Positions 1-17,320 of a stretch of DNA of 64,000 nt are shown in pieces. Made by a program: the position numbers and the translations under genes. The stretch comes from the human T2T-CHM13v2.0 reference genome, Homo sapiens. Each line of letters opens with the position of its first letter. Positions within the stretch are counted from its first letter, which is position 1. Where the stretch lies: the NCBI RefSeq assembly GCF_009914755.1, contig NC_060931.1; one strand, written 5' to 3'. The notes under the pieces were generated by a model. That model did no database searches. It worked only from the letters and a program-made list of their open reading frames with translations, and had not been told where the DNA came from.

Positions 1-329
1 AATACAGAAGTTTATGTTGATGCCTACTACAATTCTACTTGTTGATTTAAGCCTATGCTTCAGCAATTTGAATCTGGATTCAATCTTCTAATTCACTAGT
101 ATTGTTTTTTCAGATTTGTCATCTGAAAATTTTATATTCATATTTTCAATTTGTTTGGTCATGTAGTGTATTAAAAATATTGAACAGAAAGAGCCCTGTG
201 TCCTACCACTTTCAATCTATCTCTATGAGACGGGTTATGCCCATATTTCTCAGTCATGTACAAGTCTACTTCGATTTTATTAAATGTTTTGATGAAATAC
301 AAAATGACTAGTTACAATTATGTTTCTTC

Positions 330-580
330 GGCACATTATGTGAAAGATACTTAGATCTAAATCCATTAAATACTTAAATTTATTTAATTTTCACAACCAT
401 CATATGGGGTTGGAACTATTAGTATCCTAATAGCTACTAGTGAATTATTATCTTTATAGAGACAAAGGAATAGAGCAGTTAGGCAACTTGCCCAAACTCA
501 CACAGGTAGTACATGGAAGAACTGGAAATCAGACTTAAGCAGTCTTATTTTAAAGTCATTATTCTTATACACTGTGCTAT
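330..580 (-). mobile_element. MIR SINE fragment
   Basis: aggcaacttgcccaaactcacacaggtagt resembles the reverse-complement MIR core. Confidence 0.6.
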
Positions 581-922
581 ACAGAGTCTGCTACGAAATG
601 TGTGATATTCACCTAGTAACACCCTACTAGCCTTTGTATCTCCTGATCCCCCCAAATAGGTTAATTGATTATGACCACTATTATTAAACAGTTGGATCTG
701 AACTGACTTCTAGACTTCGTAAGTACTTCTAATATATGTTAATTAATTATTAATATGAATGAAATTTTAAAAATAAAGTACACAAGTACTTCTAATGAAG
801 TTATATCAAATTTACCAGAGTTGTGTCTAAAGGATAATGTTTTTGAAGACCAGGTTGTCAGCCCTCTACAACCAACCTCTGTTCTGTTCTCTACAATTCC
901 TCAAATATTTTTTGTGAGTGAC

Positions 923-1456
923 TTTGACCCAGCAACCCCATTACTGGGTATATACCCAAAGGATTATAAATCATTCTACTATAAAGACACATGCATATGT
1001 ATGCTTATTGCAGCACCATTTACAATAGCAAAGACTTGGGACCAACCCAAATGCCCATCAATGATAGACTGGATAAAGAAAATGTGGCACATATACAACA
1101 TTGAATACTATGCAGCCATAAGAAAGGATGAGTTCATGTCCTTTGCAGGGACATGGATAAAGCTGGAAACCATCATTCTCAGCAAACTGATACAGGAACA
1201 GAAAACCAAACACCGCATGTTCTCACTCATAAGTGGGAGTTGAACAATGAGAACACATGGACACGTGGTGGGGAACATCACACACTGGGGCCTGCCAGGA
1301 GATAGGGAATAGGGGAGGGATAGCATTAGGAGAAATACCTAATATAGATGATGGGTTGATGGGTGCAGCAAACCACTATGGCACGTGTATACCTATGTAA
1401 CAAACCTGCACCTTCTGCACATGTATCGCAGAACTTAAAGTATAATAAAAGAAAAA
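923..1456 (+). mobile_element. 5'-truncated L1PA (about L1PA7-8) 3' end
   Basis: Encodes the ORF2 C-terminus (FDPATPLLGIYPKDY...MFSLISGS), then the 3'UTR with G-tract and A-tail. TSD agtgacttt at 917-925 and 1457-1465. Confidence 0.95.
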
Positions 1457-1974
1457 AGTGACTTTTTCATTTAAGTTTGCAAGCTATTTTGGTACCCTTG
1501 GTTAGATTTTGTTTGAGCTGGAATAGTAAAGTGTATCTAAAAGTTCTTTTCATCTTTCCATCTATTGTGGCCTTCAATTTTCTCTTTTAAAACCTGATAT
1601 AATTTTTCTCTTCATGACTATTTTTGTACAATAATTTAGAAAAGGAAAGCTTTAGTAAACAAGGCAAGAAGTAGTGCATGGATATGAGGAGGAGGGATAA
1701 CACTGGTGGTAGTACATTATGTTTTTATATGTCCTTTTTATTTTCTCACTTACAAGTGTTTGCCAATAGTCAAGAAAATGGAATAAGAGGAACATCACTC
1801 TGAATATGTAAGCAAATAATAAAATTTTGTGAGTGATTTTTTTACAAAAACCAAGTAAAGTTTCCTTGTTAGAAAACTTGAAATTTCCAATAAGGAAAAA
1901 TAGCTTCTGAAGTAAGGTCAGAAATCCATAAGGAAACAACTTTAAGAAAATACAAGGTAAAATAAAAAGATGAG

Positions 1975-2500
1975 ATACAGAAAAATACTAAGGGAAAAGG
2001 GAGTAATAGTAGACCTAAAATGAACATTAGAAGAAAAACATACAGAGCTGATACTAAAGTTCATTGCTTTGATTTAGTGATATGGAGAGCATGCTACGGC
2101 TCTGTTTCACGGTATGGGGAAAAATAAAGAAAAATAAGTGAATGTGGTAAGAAAAAATGTTATAAAGGCAGATGAGAGAATTCAGATCCCATCTAGAAGT
2201 TATAAGTATGCTGGTTTAAAAAAAAAAAAGGAAGACCTTTACAACAGAACAAAAGAGTGAAAGAAATAATTTCAGAAAATTTGATGGAGGTAAAAAAGAT
2301 TATACCTTGAAGTTCAAAAGAGATTTTTGTTTCTGAAAATAAATAATTTATATTGGCAACACTTTATTTTGTAAGGTCGGAGGAAGAAATCTTATACAGA
2401 TTAAACCAGAAAATTGGGTTTTCTTTAAAGGAATGGCAATCTGTTTAAATTCAGACTTTAGTTTTCCATACTTAAAAAGACAGAAGACAATTTAATAACT
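1975..2500 (+). mobile_element. Highly decayed L1M/HAL1 ORF1-like fragment
   Basis: A-rich, and aaaggaatggcaatc...tcagactt...agaagacaat resembles old L1 ORF1. Confidence 0.35.
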
Positions 2501-4599
2501 GTTTTTCAATGTAGTAATATCTCAATGTGATCAGCTTATCATGTGGGCTATTAAAGCCAGTATTTCTAGGAGAACCTCCGTAAGGACACCCCAGGACAGC
2601 CATAGCTTTGCCTACCTACACAGGCTGACTGGACAGACATTTTTCCCAAGGTGTGTGTATGGCTGTCATACAATTTTTAAGAGACACCTATCTGCACCAT
2701 GTTGCTCAAATCCTCACTTCTCCTGACCCCCTCCATACCTTCTCCACTTCTCAGGCTGCTCCTCGACTTCTTTTCTCCCAAATTTTCTTTCATTCCTTAA
2801 GTATAGAAATGTAATCATCTCCTTTTTTTGACATTACTTTCCAAATCAAACCATGCTGTGAGTTGAGGCTGGGTAAATCATCTTTCAAAAATTTAAAATA
2901 CTTTACTAAATAAAACATAATTTTCTGCAAAGAAAATTATTGCTACTTAGGGAATAAAAGAAGTTGAATTTATACTCTCTCTCTCTCTCTCCCTCTGTCT
3001 TGATTATAGGCTTTACTTAATCATCACCCAGATTCTAGCTTATTTATCTTTCTAGTTTCAAAGCTATATTTTGTTCTCAGGCCACTAACCTCTGGCTGAT
3101 TGTTTCTTTGAGTGATTGAAGTGGACTTCTTCCTGTCCTGTTTTGAGAAGGCTGGGGTGTATCAGGATAGTTTTTTACCTAATTTGCATTCCCTGTATTA
3201 GTAATTATTGTCTATGACACCTCATGAACAGTAGGGACTATCTGGCTCATAAAAGCACATGAGAAAATGGACTCTGGACAATCAGCTGAACTCTGATGGA
3301 GTTACCCCAGTACTTGTATTAGCTTACTTCATAGCATGAGAATATGTAAGACAAACTCTGACTTTTGTTTTTATAGCTTTATAATCTACCTGATACAATT
3401 ATGACTGTCATGAATGTTATAAGGGACAGTCTAGCATTCATTGAGGAGAGAGAAAGCTTGTGTTAAAAATCAGAAGTTCCAGGGCTTTCACAATATTACC
3501 TCTCCTACATTTAGTGATCTACAACCAACTTTGCATTTTAACAACTAAGTGTGTAACGTATATCTATATCTATTTAACAATTTCATTATAATTTCATGAA
3601 GTAAAATATATTTTAATATCATAAAAACAAAAAGGGTACAGAATGAAAAGATACATTTAACTTTATGAAAGATTTGCCACTTTTTTCTAACTTTTTTTAT
3701 TTTCTCCATGGCACCAAAAATTTTACTGTGATATAGCTATTGGAAAAGCATTTGGAATTAACAAGCTGTATGACTTTTAAGTTTCCATTGTCCCATTCCT
3801 GTGATGTTATTATTCTAGAACTATCAAGACAGCAAAAGGATAGAAGAGAAGGCAGGATTTGGTTTGAATGATTAGGATCTAAAGTTGCCATGAATAGCTC
3901 TGCTCATGGCATCCCTATCTTTTTGAAGTTTTGATCTAAGTTTTTAGGTCCTCATTTAAAAAGACACTTTCCTTAGCAGTATTGGGAACAGAAAATTTGG
4001 GGAAAAGATCCTATCAAGTGAAACACATTATGGATAGTTATTGTATAGACTTTTGCTGACTAGTGTTGTTTGTTTGTTTGGGTTCTCATATAATTTGAGA
4101 CCCACATATTAACCAAGAGGATTATTGAAATCACAAGGTTATTTATATGAAAAAGTTATCTTGCTTAAATACCTTTCTGTTTTATTTATTGAATTAACTT
4201 CTTAATTCTGAAGAATGAATTATTAACATAACAGTCCAAATTTAATTCTGTCAAAAATATTGCTTAAAAACAATTTTTCAATCACATTTTCTATAAACTT
4301 AGAAAGCAGTTTAAAAATAATATTGGCACAAACTATTCTGCCTCTGAAATTACATTGAGAAAACAAAAGTTACAGATGACTGCCAGTGATATTTAGACTT
4401 TCTATGATACCTTCACATTTTCCAACCAATATGTGTTCCTACCACTGTATAAAATTTGAAAAACTTAAAGAAGACTTTACTCAAAGGTCTTAGGACACAT
4501 TGAAAAAAAATTTCCTTAAATTTAGATATAAGTAAAAGTAATTCTTGTTTTACTTTTTGTTGTTTCTCTTCTTGTTAGAAAATGAAAGGTAATAGAAAT

Positions 4600-7998
<3,399 letters not shown>

Positions 7999-8906
7999 AA
8001 GAGAAGTAGCTAATTCTAGGATGAGGTGCAAAAAAATTTCAAAATAAACCTATAAATTCTTGTGCCAGAAAGTAAGGAAATACTCAAATAATAATGAGGC
8101 TGTGTCAAAGGAACATAGAAAATTGCCTGAATGTGCTTCAGCTTGCCAAATCTGGGACATTTGTACATTGAACGAAATAATGAGATTAATGGACAATAGT
8201 GAATAAAGTCGATATTCATAAATATATACTGACTCAATAATAAGAAGAAAAATCTCCTTTTTATGTTAGAAAGCATACAAACAATGTCAAAGGAATGATG
8301 GAGCTAAAACATCATCAATAGATACAAATAGTGGGTAAAATTTTGATGAATAACCGAATAATTGTTTCATGTTAAAAACCTTTCCACACAGATTAGTTGT
8401 TAATTACAAAGGAGAAAGAAGTAACTTTATAGTATGCACACAGTGGACACCATCTTATCAAAGTGATCAAGGTCAAAATTAACAATATTATGACAAATCA
8501 ACATCGTGTGCCTCCTGACAAGTTTCATTGGAAAGAAAGCAAAACCAAATATGTGATACTTCTGCCAAAAATATATAAGTATCCATCTAATAATGAGGAA
8601 ATATTCAAATCCAAACTATGGGATATTACACAAAATAATTTGCCCATATTCTTTGTAAGTATCAAGGTCAGGAAAGATGAAGAAAGAGGACAAAATGTCC
8701 AAATATATGCACCTGAAAAGACAAAACAACGGACTGTTTTGTGATCCTGGATTGGATCCTAGACCAGACAAAGAAATAGCTATACAGGATTATACTTTGA
8801 TAATTGATAAAACTTGAATTTGGACTATGAGTTAGCTGGTAGAATCATAACAATGGTAAATTTACTGATTTTGATTACTTTACTGTGGTTACATTAAGAA
8901 AATGTT

Positions 8907-9176
8907 GGCCAGGCAAATCCCAGCACTTTGGTAGTCCGAGGCAGGAGGATCACTTGACCTGAGATATTTGAGACCAATCAGGGCAACATAGCAAGATCTT
9001 GTCTCTACTAAAAATAAAAAATTAGCCAGGCATGGCAGCGTGCACCTGTAGTGTCAGCTACTCAGTGAGGTTGAAGGATCACTTCAGTGCAGGAGGTCGA
9101 GGCTGCAGTAAGCCATGATCACACTACTGCACTCCAGCCTGGGTGACACAGTGAGACTCTGTCTCAGAAAAAAAAA
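8907..9176 (+). mobile_element. AluJ
   Basis: Dimeric Alu with J-type features (gaggatcacttga, gggcaacatagcaaga, gaggctgcagt) and a small 5' deletion. Confidence 0.93.
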
Positions 9177-9369
9177 TGTCCTTGTTTGTAGGAAATTCAC
9201 AGTGAATTACATAGGGGTAAAGCATGATATCTCTAAACTTACTCTCAAATGATCTACACAAAATAATGGGCATGCATTTAAGTACATATAAATCTATAAT
9301 TATCTAAATATACATATGTAGAAAATAGATAAAATGTGAACAATTGATAAATCTGGATCAAGGAAATAT

Positions 9370-9510
9370 AAATATGTATTTATTATATTTATATTAAATA
9401 TTTAGATTTATATAAATATTTATATTAAACATTTACACTGAAATGTTTATATTTAAACAAATATTTATATTGTATTTATATTAAATGTAAATATAAACAT
9501 AATATAAAGG
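9370..9510. repeat. AT-rich low-complexity tract
   Basis: Almost pure A/T, with repeated atatttatattaaa units. Confidence 0.8.
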
Positions 9511-11792
9511 AAAGCTTTGTATTTCTGCAATATCCATGTAACCATGAAATTATATAAAAATAAAGTTACCTAAAATTATTGGTTTTTTGTAAGAAAACTT
9601 GTAGCCAAATTTCAGAAAATTATTTTTCTCAAATACTATTACTATTCTTACCATCTGCTTCATTTATGTAAATTTTGTTTCATTTTCACAGTATTTAAAT
9701 TCAGCAATTCTTCAAAAATACTTTTCCCACTTAGGAATTTAATTAAAATAACACTGTAGGAAGACAATAGAATACCGGTGTAGGTTAGAAAATGCTAAAT
9801 GAAAATTAAAGACAATTTATCAATGGTTTTCTAAACAGGAAAATTTCAACAGTTTGCCTTTTAATTTACTTGACAAGTTTTCTTGACATTTATTATGCAT
9901 TGCATGTGTGGAGCTGCAAGTCTTAAATTGTATTTTCCCATATTCCAAACTGTAAGACTTTTCACACTAAAATATACAATTACTTCTCTTGCAATTAGAC
10001 AACTATCTTATGGCATCTCTATATATGGCAACAAGAGAACATAGCATGCTATATTTAAAATCTTTTCAAATGTCAGGCCTCCTGTGTACTCTAGAGCTTT
10101 TGATATAATCCCTATGGCTGATATAATCATTCCTAAATTTAGCTCTGCCTCTACCACTGGACGGAGGCCATTTAAAAACAGAGGCTGTGTTTTTTTCTAC
10201 AGCACTGGTGATGTTCAAATGTGTTGTAGAACTCAGTGTTGGATATGCAATGGGAACTTTAAGTACTGAAAACTTTTAAGGTTGTGTAAAGTACTTTATT
10301 TTACTTATCCATGTGATGTCTTTCAATTATATTTTTAATACTTATATTGGAATTTGTATTAACACATTTTTATCATTAATAAATTTGACATTGACCTACT
10401 TTATTTGATATTATTGAATAGCTTTTGAAAAAAACATAATTATAAATTAACTTTTCCATTTTAAATACAGTAAACCTGGAAAAGATTTTTTAAATTTTCA
10501 TGAAATATGAGATGTTTTTAATTTTATTGAATATGACATTTAATAAAGAATTTTTAAAGAAATATATTTTAATTTTAAGTTTTTAATGGGTAGATTTTCA
10601 ATAAATATATTTAAATATTTATATATTAGCATCAGGTACTGATTATAATGTATTATGAACTCTTAATATTGGCAAAAATTTTCAAGTAGTCACTTACTTT
10701 AAGTACGAAGTTGCTTTACTTTAACTGATATTATGATTTTCATATTACACAGTTTTTCCTATAAATCACTCACTGATAAATTTTAAGTGTTAAACACTGC
10801 GTTTAATTAAATGCTTTACCTGAGAAACATAGCTGAATTTTTCTTACTTATTTAAAAATTGCACTGATGAGTTTTATAACTGTAGATCAATAAGTCCTTT
10901 CTAGTAGTAAAGTGAATATCTTTTTTATAATTTATTTCAACATCTGCTGTTTGTTCCATGAAAATATTTCTAAACACCTAACATCATCATAAATTGATGT
11001 TATATATAAATTCTAATTTAACAATAGAAAGCTCAAAAGTAAAAATAACACTATAGAATATGATTTTCTCAATTCCCTTTGACATATCAAATTACATGGA
11101 AACAAAGAAATTTTATTACACACATTTGTTCATTTAAAATAAAACTTGAAAAAGCCTAGTATACAGATATTCAAATAAATTTGTCATTTCTTTTAATATC
11201 TTAATTGAAATAGTTCTACAAGAAACCTAAAAAAATAGAAAGGAATCAACAGTCCTGGTTTTCCTGCTTGAAGTATTTTACCTTGAAGGCACAAATATGT
11301 CCCAATAAATAATCCTACTTATCACACCTGAAATGAGTTTATTCTGTTTTCTGAAAGTTACAAATCTGATTTCTCACCTTAGAAATGCTTCCCCTATAAC
11401 ATGGTTTTGTCAATGTTTAATAAGATTACTGAGAACTCCTTGAAGCAGGGCATAATTGACTTCAGAATCCAAGGCATTGCATTGGGTATTCACCAACCGC
11501 AAGGAGAATCGGGGGTGCTTCTCTAGCTTTTTTAGTGCTGTTTGTGGCTGGGAAAGTCCTAATTTAGTCCTAATTTACTCCTAATTGCATAAGCAGCCAC
11601 ACCATTGCCTTCTATATGAATCAGGCCAAATCATTCTGAAAAGGAATTTATGTGATATTTCTAGCAGTAGCCTGGGAGTCCACTATGATTCCTCATATCT
11701 GAAGTGATAGCTGATATGTAGATGACTTCTATTCTTCTAATATAAAGTATAAAGAGAAAGTAAATTTCCTGCAGTTAAAAATCATGTTATTC

Positions 11793-12088
<296 letters not shown>

Positions 12089-12613
12089 TATGCTATTCTC
12101 CAGTATAAAAAACCTTGCCTTCAAAAATAGTATCTACCCTATTACTTGGTTGGCAATTTGTAAGTTTTTACAGAAAGATACTGCTTTCTGTATTGTCACT
12201 TCTAGATTTGTATGAAATATGCTTTTAAACTGATTTTTCATATACTTGACCTCAGCTGAAAAAGCCTAAAGAATTTATGTCAAATAAAGTTTTAATTTTC
12301 ATATTTGGGAAAAATGTACATGCTTCAGCCTATTAAAGGATACATATGGGGAGTTCTGCTCCTAATAATTAGTCCAACTGAGAAAAAGAATACTTTTCAT
12401 AGAATTAATCAATGGTAATTACCAATCATTAGTGTGTTATTAAGTATTTTAAATTTTAAGGATTTAAATTTTAGCTAATTTCATAATTTTTGTTATACCA
12501 ACAATAAAAAGACAGTCTCTTTAATAATATTTGGGTTAAAACAAAAAAATTTAGGCTAATTATTTTCTTATGACTGAGCATTTTCTTTTAGGCTTAAATG
12601 TAAATCAATATAT

Positions 12614-13729
12614 GAAAGGAAACAATCAACAGAATTAAGCAACAACCTACGCGATGGGAGGAAATATTTGCAAACTATACATCTGACAAGGAGTTAATAT
12701 CTAAAACATATGAGGAACTCAGACAACTCAACAGCAAAATAATAAATAACCTGATTCAATGGACAAAGTACCTGAAAAAACATTTCTCAAAGGAAGATAT
12801 ACAAATGGCCAGCAGGTATATGAAAAATACTTAGCATCACTAATCACCAGAAAACAATGTAAATTAAAACCACAATGAGATTCACTTCATACCTGTTAGA
12901 ATGTCTACTGTCAAAAAAAGGTAAAATATGTGTTGGTGAAGATGTGTAGAAAAAGGAACACTTATACATTGTTGGTGGGAATGTAAAGTAGTATAGCCAT
13001 TATAGAAAACAGTATGGAGATTCCACAAAAAAATTAAAAATAGAACTACTGTATGCTCTATTAATTCCACTTCTGGGTACATATTCAAAGCATGCTGGAT
13101 TAGTAAGTTGGATCAATACAAAGTCAGTACGTGGAAGAGATATGTGCACTCCCATGTTCATTGCAGCATTATTCACAATAGCCAAGATATGGAATCAACC
13201 TAAGTGTCCATCAATGGATGAATGGATAAAGAAAGTGTGATACATATACACAACTGAACATTATTTAGCCTTATAAAAGAAGGAAATCCTATCAGTTGTG
13301 ACAACACATATGAACATAGAGGACATTAAGCTAAGTAAGATAAACCAGACACAGAAGGACAAATACTGTGTGAATGAAATCTAAAAAAATTTGAAGTTAT
13401 AGAAGCAGGGAGTAGCAGCAGTCTGGTGATGGTGGGATACAAAATTTAATTTAGACAGGAAGAATAATTCAGATCTACTGTACAACATGGTGACTATAGT
13501 TAATGACAATGTGTTGTATACTTAAAAATTGCTGAGTGTAGATTTTAAATGTTCTCACCACAATAAAAACGTTAGTATGTGAGGTAATGGATAGTTAATT
13601 AACTTAATTTAGCCATTCTATACTGTATACACATGTCAAAACACCATATTCTATGCTACAAATATGGACAATTTTATGTCAAATAAAAACAAAGAAAATT
13701 AATAATAAATAAATGAAAACTTCAAAACA
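12614..13729 (+). mobile_element. L1MA (about MA6-8) 3' end
   Basis: ORF2 C-terminal remnants and an L1MA 3'UTR (gatctactgtacaacatggtgactatagttaat). Degenerate TSD aaatcaatatat (12602-12613) / aaaccaatgtat (13730-13741). Confidence 0.9.
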
Positions 13730-13752
13730 AAACCAATGTATAAATGATCTGG

Positions 13753-13754
<2 letters not shown>

Positions 13755-13790
<36 letters not shown>
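13755..13790 (+). repeat. (CA)n microsatellite
   Basis: Perfect dinucleotide run. Confidence 0.98.
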
Positions 13791-13792
<2 letters not shown>

Positions 13793-14189
13793 TTCTGGGA
13801 AGTCTGTTACTTTCTTTGTTATTCTGCTTTTAAAATAAACTGATACTGAAAGCTAAGTGCTAAGGGTACAACTGTAGAAATGACTTAACACTACCATTCA
13901 AGTGGGTTACAACTGAATAGGAAGAGATTATCAATGACAAACAGTATAAATATGTGACAATATTAGAGTTAATAAGTTATAAAGAGTTAATAATGTGGGA
14001 ATTTATGAGAGAAGCCCCTAATACAGTCTTGTGAGTAAAGGTGGAATATCATAGAAATCTTTGCAAGAAAAAAAGGGTTCCCTAAGTTTACCAGTTAGCC
14101 TCGGTGGGATGGAGATACCAAATATTTCTCCTTCTTCACATACAGTTTTAAAGCATTGCTTATACAACCTGTCTATATATTTTCAATTT

Positions 14190-15680
14190 CTATTTGGATC
14201 TTACCTGAGTCTGGCTTCAGCATCCATCACTGCACTTAGCAAATCTCCCTTAAGCCACCAAAAATTTCTGATGTCATACATTCAATGGACTTTTTGATCA
14301 GTGCTTGCCCACAGTTAAGCATTGTGCTCTTCTTAAAACATTCTTTTCTGTAGTCTTCTCTGAAAGAAACACTTTTTCTTTCCACTTTTGTAACATATTC
14401 CTTCTCCAGTTCTGTTTGCAGGACATCTCATTCTACCTAGCTCAGAAGCACTGGAGTTCCTTAAGACTTGTACTTCATTTCTCTTTGTAGGCAATATTTT
14501 GAAGGCAATCTCATTCACACCAATGGCTTTTCTTATGATCACACATGTTTATGTCTAGCTCAGATTTATTATCTAAGCTATAACCCCAACTAAGAACTTT
14601 ACATCTCTTCTTGGATGCTTTCAAGACAACTAAAACTCAACATGTCAGAAATTAAATTGATAATCTTCCTCCTAAATCTGATACACTTTCAGCAAATGAC
14701 ATTATCATCCATCTATCAGTACAAGACATAAACCTAAAACTCATCCTTAAAGCCCCCTCTTCATTCATCAATTTCTGCCCAGTTTACTTCTTAAATCTTT
14801 CTCATATCCATAAATACCTCTATATCACCATCAATTAAATTAGTTCAAGCTATCAGGTCTGGCTTGTGCTACTAAAAACAACATTCTTTAAATCGATATT
14901 TCCATATCTGTTCTTGCCTCCTCAAATTTATTCTCTATCTAAAAGCCACAGTAATATTCTAGAATATGGGTCATCAAAGTTTTTCTGTGAAGGGACAGAT
15001 GGTAAGTATTTTCAGCTCTGAAGGACTTGAAATCTCTTGCAGCTAGTCAGTTCCACCATTTAGCTCAACAGCATCCATAGAGAATGTGCTAAGTGTATGA
15101 ACACAAATATGATTATGTTGCAATAAAACTTTATAAAATAGGCAGTAGGTCAGATTTGACATGTGGGCCATAATTCATCAACTCTTGATTTAGGATACAA
15201 AACTGATCAAAAGAATCCCTTCCCTAAAACACATTAATGATCTTCCTAGTACTCTTAGGATAAATACCAAAACAAAACCTTACTTCTCTTATCACCTACC
15301 TCCATCTCTTTTATGCCTCCATAATCACTAGATTCCAGTTTTCCCTTTGTAGTTCTTCAAATGTACTATGTTTCTTCCTACAACAGGGCTTTTGTATTTG
15401 CTTTTTTCCCCCTGAAAACTCCAGACTATGTTAAATGCCCCATATTCAATGTACCATGTATCTCTCTTTCAAAGAACTGGCTACATATGTATTTTCACAT
15501 TTTTTGTGTCACTATTTGATTAATTTATATGACTCCCAATAGATTAAACTCAAACTTTAAGACAGGTTGTATATCTATCAGTTCACTATTGTTTTCCTAA
15601 CTCTTAGCCCATTACTTCGTACATTAGAAGAGACTTATACCTGTTTCTATAATAGATAAATGAATGAATGAATGAATGGA
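14190..15680 (+). mobile_element. L2 LINE fragment interrupted by MER58A
   Basis: aaactcaacatgtcagaaattaaattga motif and a (TGAA)n L2 tail at about 15660-15680. Confidence 0.7.
14965..15187 (+). mobile_element. MER58A hAT-Charlie MITE
   Basis: ttttctgtgaagggacagatggtaagtattttcagct...caataaaactttat...cagatttgac. ttctagaa-type target site on the left. Confidence 0.75.
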
Positions 15681-17089
15681 GTGAATGCATGCATGCGTGT
15701 ATGTATGTGTACATGCATGAAAAGATGAGAGATGAGAAATCATGGCTTATTAAAGGAAATAAACATTCCGGTGGTGCTGGAGAGCATCTGAAGGGTTTTA
15801 AGCAGAGAGTATCAAGATAAGACTGGCTTCAGAGTCTACTATGCAGAGAATTTCAAAATACTATGTATTGCTTCTTTCCCTTTTTACCTTGAAACCCTAT
15901 GCAAAAGCTCTTCATGTCTACATTTCTGTGAATTACTTATATTTGAGTTTGCTCATATTTTCTCAACAAAATCATAATGTCATTCTGTTATTTTAATTAT
16001 GTATGTATGTGTGTTTGCATCAGTATGTATTCTTGGAGGAAGTGGACTGAGACTTTAGTATTCTGGTTTTGGTGCCTCATGCCTTTCATATTTCACAGTC
16101 ACATAGAAGCAAAGCCTTCTGAAAGAATCCAGTTTAAAGTTTTAGTTGATACATTACACATTATAGATTGGGCTACTCATTACCACTCACTCTATCAAGG
16201 TTTCCAGCACAGCCATAATTATTCAGCATGGGAACTAGGTATTAAATTTAAACCTGGCAATTTATTTCACTTTTTATTCTGCTGGAGAGGTTTGAAAATC
16301 TCACATTCAGACAGCAAAAGAAGGATTGATGACTACCCCATGTATGAGTCCATGGCTGAGTCTCTCCTGGCTGAATGCCACAAAAACATTTATAGGTCAT
16401 TGCACTAAACAGAAAAATATATGCTGGTATTTTTTAAAGAGAGAGAATACCACTGACTCACTATTGAATTTTTTTTAATCCCATCTGAAGCAGAAATCAG
16501 TTCTTATCTGGCTATGCTAACTTTTATCACAGCCTCTGCCTAGGATCTAGGTAAGTTTGACCTAGCAATTACCAATCTTTGTAATTGAGTTGTACCAACT
16601 CTCTAGTATCTAGGGCAGGCTTCTAATTAAAAAACAATACATTTTAAAATGTATTATTTTATTCTAAACATAAAACAATTTGTTTGTTGTAAACACAAAC
16701 ATATGGAAACTTTGGATGGGCAAGATGAGGAAGATTGGCTGGCCAAGACTGACATTCTGAAGTCAGGAAAATGATACAGATGATTCACTTATTAAAAAAA
16801 AACTTGTAATCTTACGATGAAATGCACAAAAACACAACACTAGTGATGAAGAAGCAAATTTCAGCACATTGAGAAATGGAGTGCCTAGTCTTACTAACTC
16901 AGTTCCTGTTAGATTTATTTTTTAGTATGTTCTCATTTATGAAATATTTTAAAACCATGAGCACTTCAAAAGTATCTCAGTGATCATCTAGGAAGTTATA
17001 GAGGATGTTAATAGACTATCTAGTCAAAGCCACTCATTTTACATTAAAAAAAAGAGAAAAGTTAAGTAACCCTCCAAAGTTATTCATAA

Positions 17090-17320
17090 AATAATAATAG
17101 CAGTATAGTCATAGTAAGTCCCTTTTAAGTACTTAATAGTTGTAAGCAGGTATGTAAAACTCAGAACATTATGAATTAAATATTATTATCCACCTTTTAT
17201 AAAGGGGTCAACAGAACAAAGAAATTCAGTAGCTTACTCAAAATCACATCACTGGTAAGTGATGGAACTGGAATAAAAAACCCAGTCACCCTATTTTCAG
17301 ATTCCAGAATATAACCCAAC
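17090..17320 (-). mobile_element. MIR fragment
   Basis: attattatccacctttta...agtagcttactcaaaatcacatcactggtaagtgatggaactgg. Confidence 0.6.

Larger units (their letters stand above)
8012..9570 (+). mobile_element. L1MC4-like 3'UTR (continuation of the 4600-5819 element), interrupted by an Alu
   Basis: tgtgccagaaagtaaggaaatactcaaa, gatcctggattggatcctagaccaga and aacttactctcaaatg. The same motifs recur at 32.6 kb and 47.1 kb. Confidence 0.75.

Noticed and set aside
721-796. 13-bp direct repeat aagtacttctaat flanking 50 bp (and a 12-bp repeat near 59671-59704)
   Set aside because: No recognisable insert or tail. Consistent with local duplication or chance in AT-rich DNA.
15977-16408. 143-aa ORF (and the 166-aa ORF at 41854-42354 and 153-aa ORF at 23107-23568)
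   Set aside because: Low-complexity T-rich or microsatellite-driven composition, no recognisable domain or exon structure.
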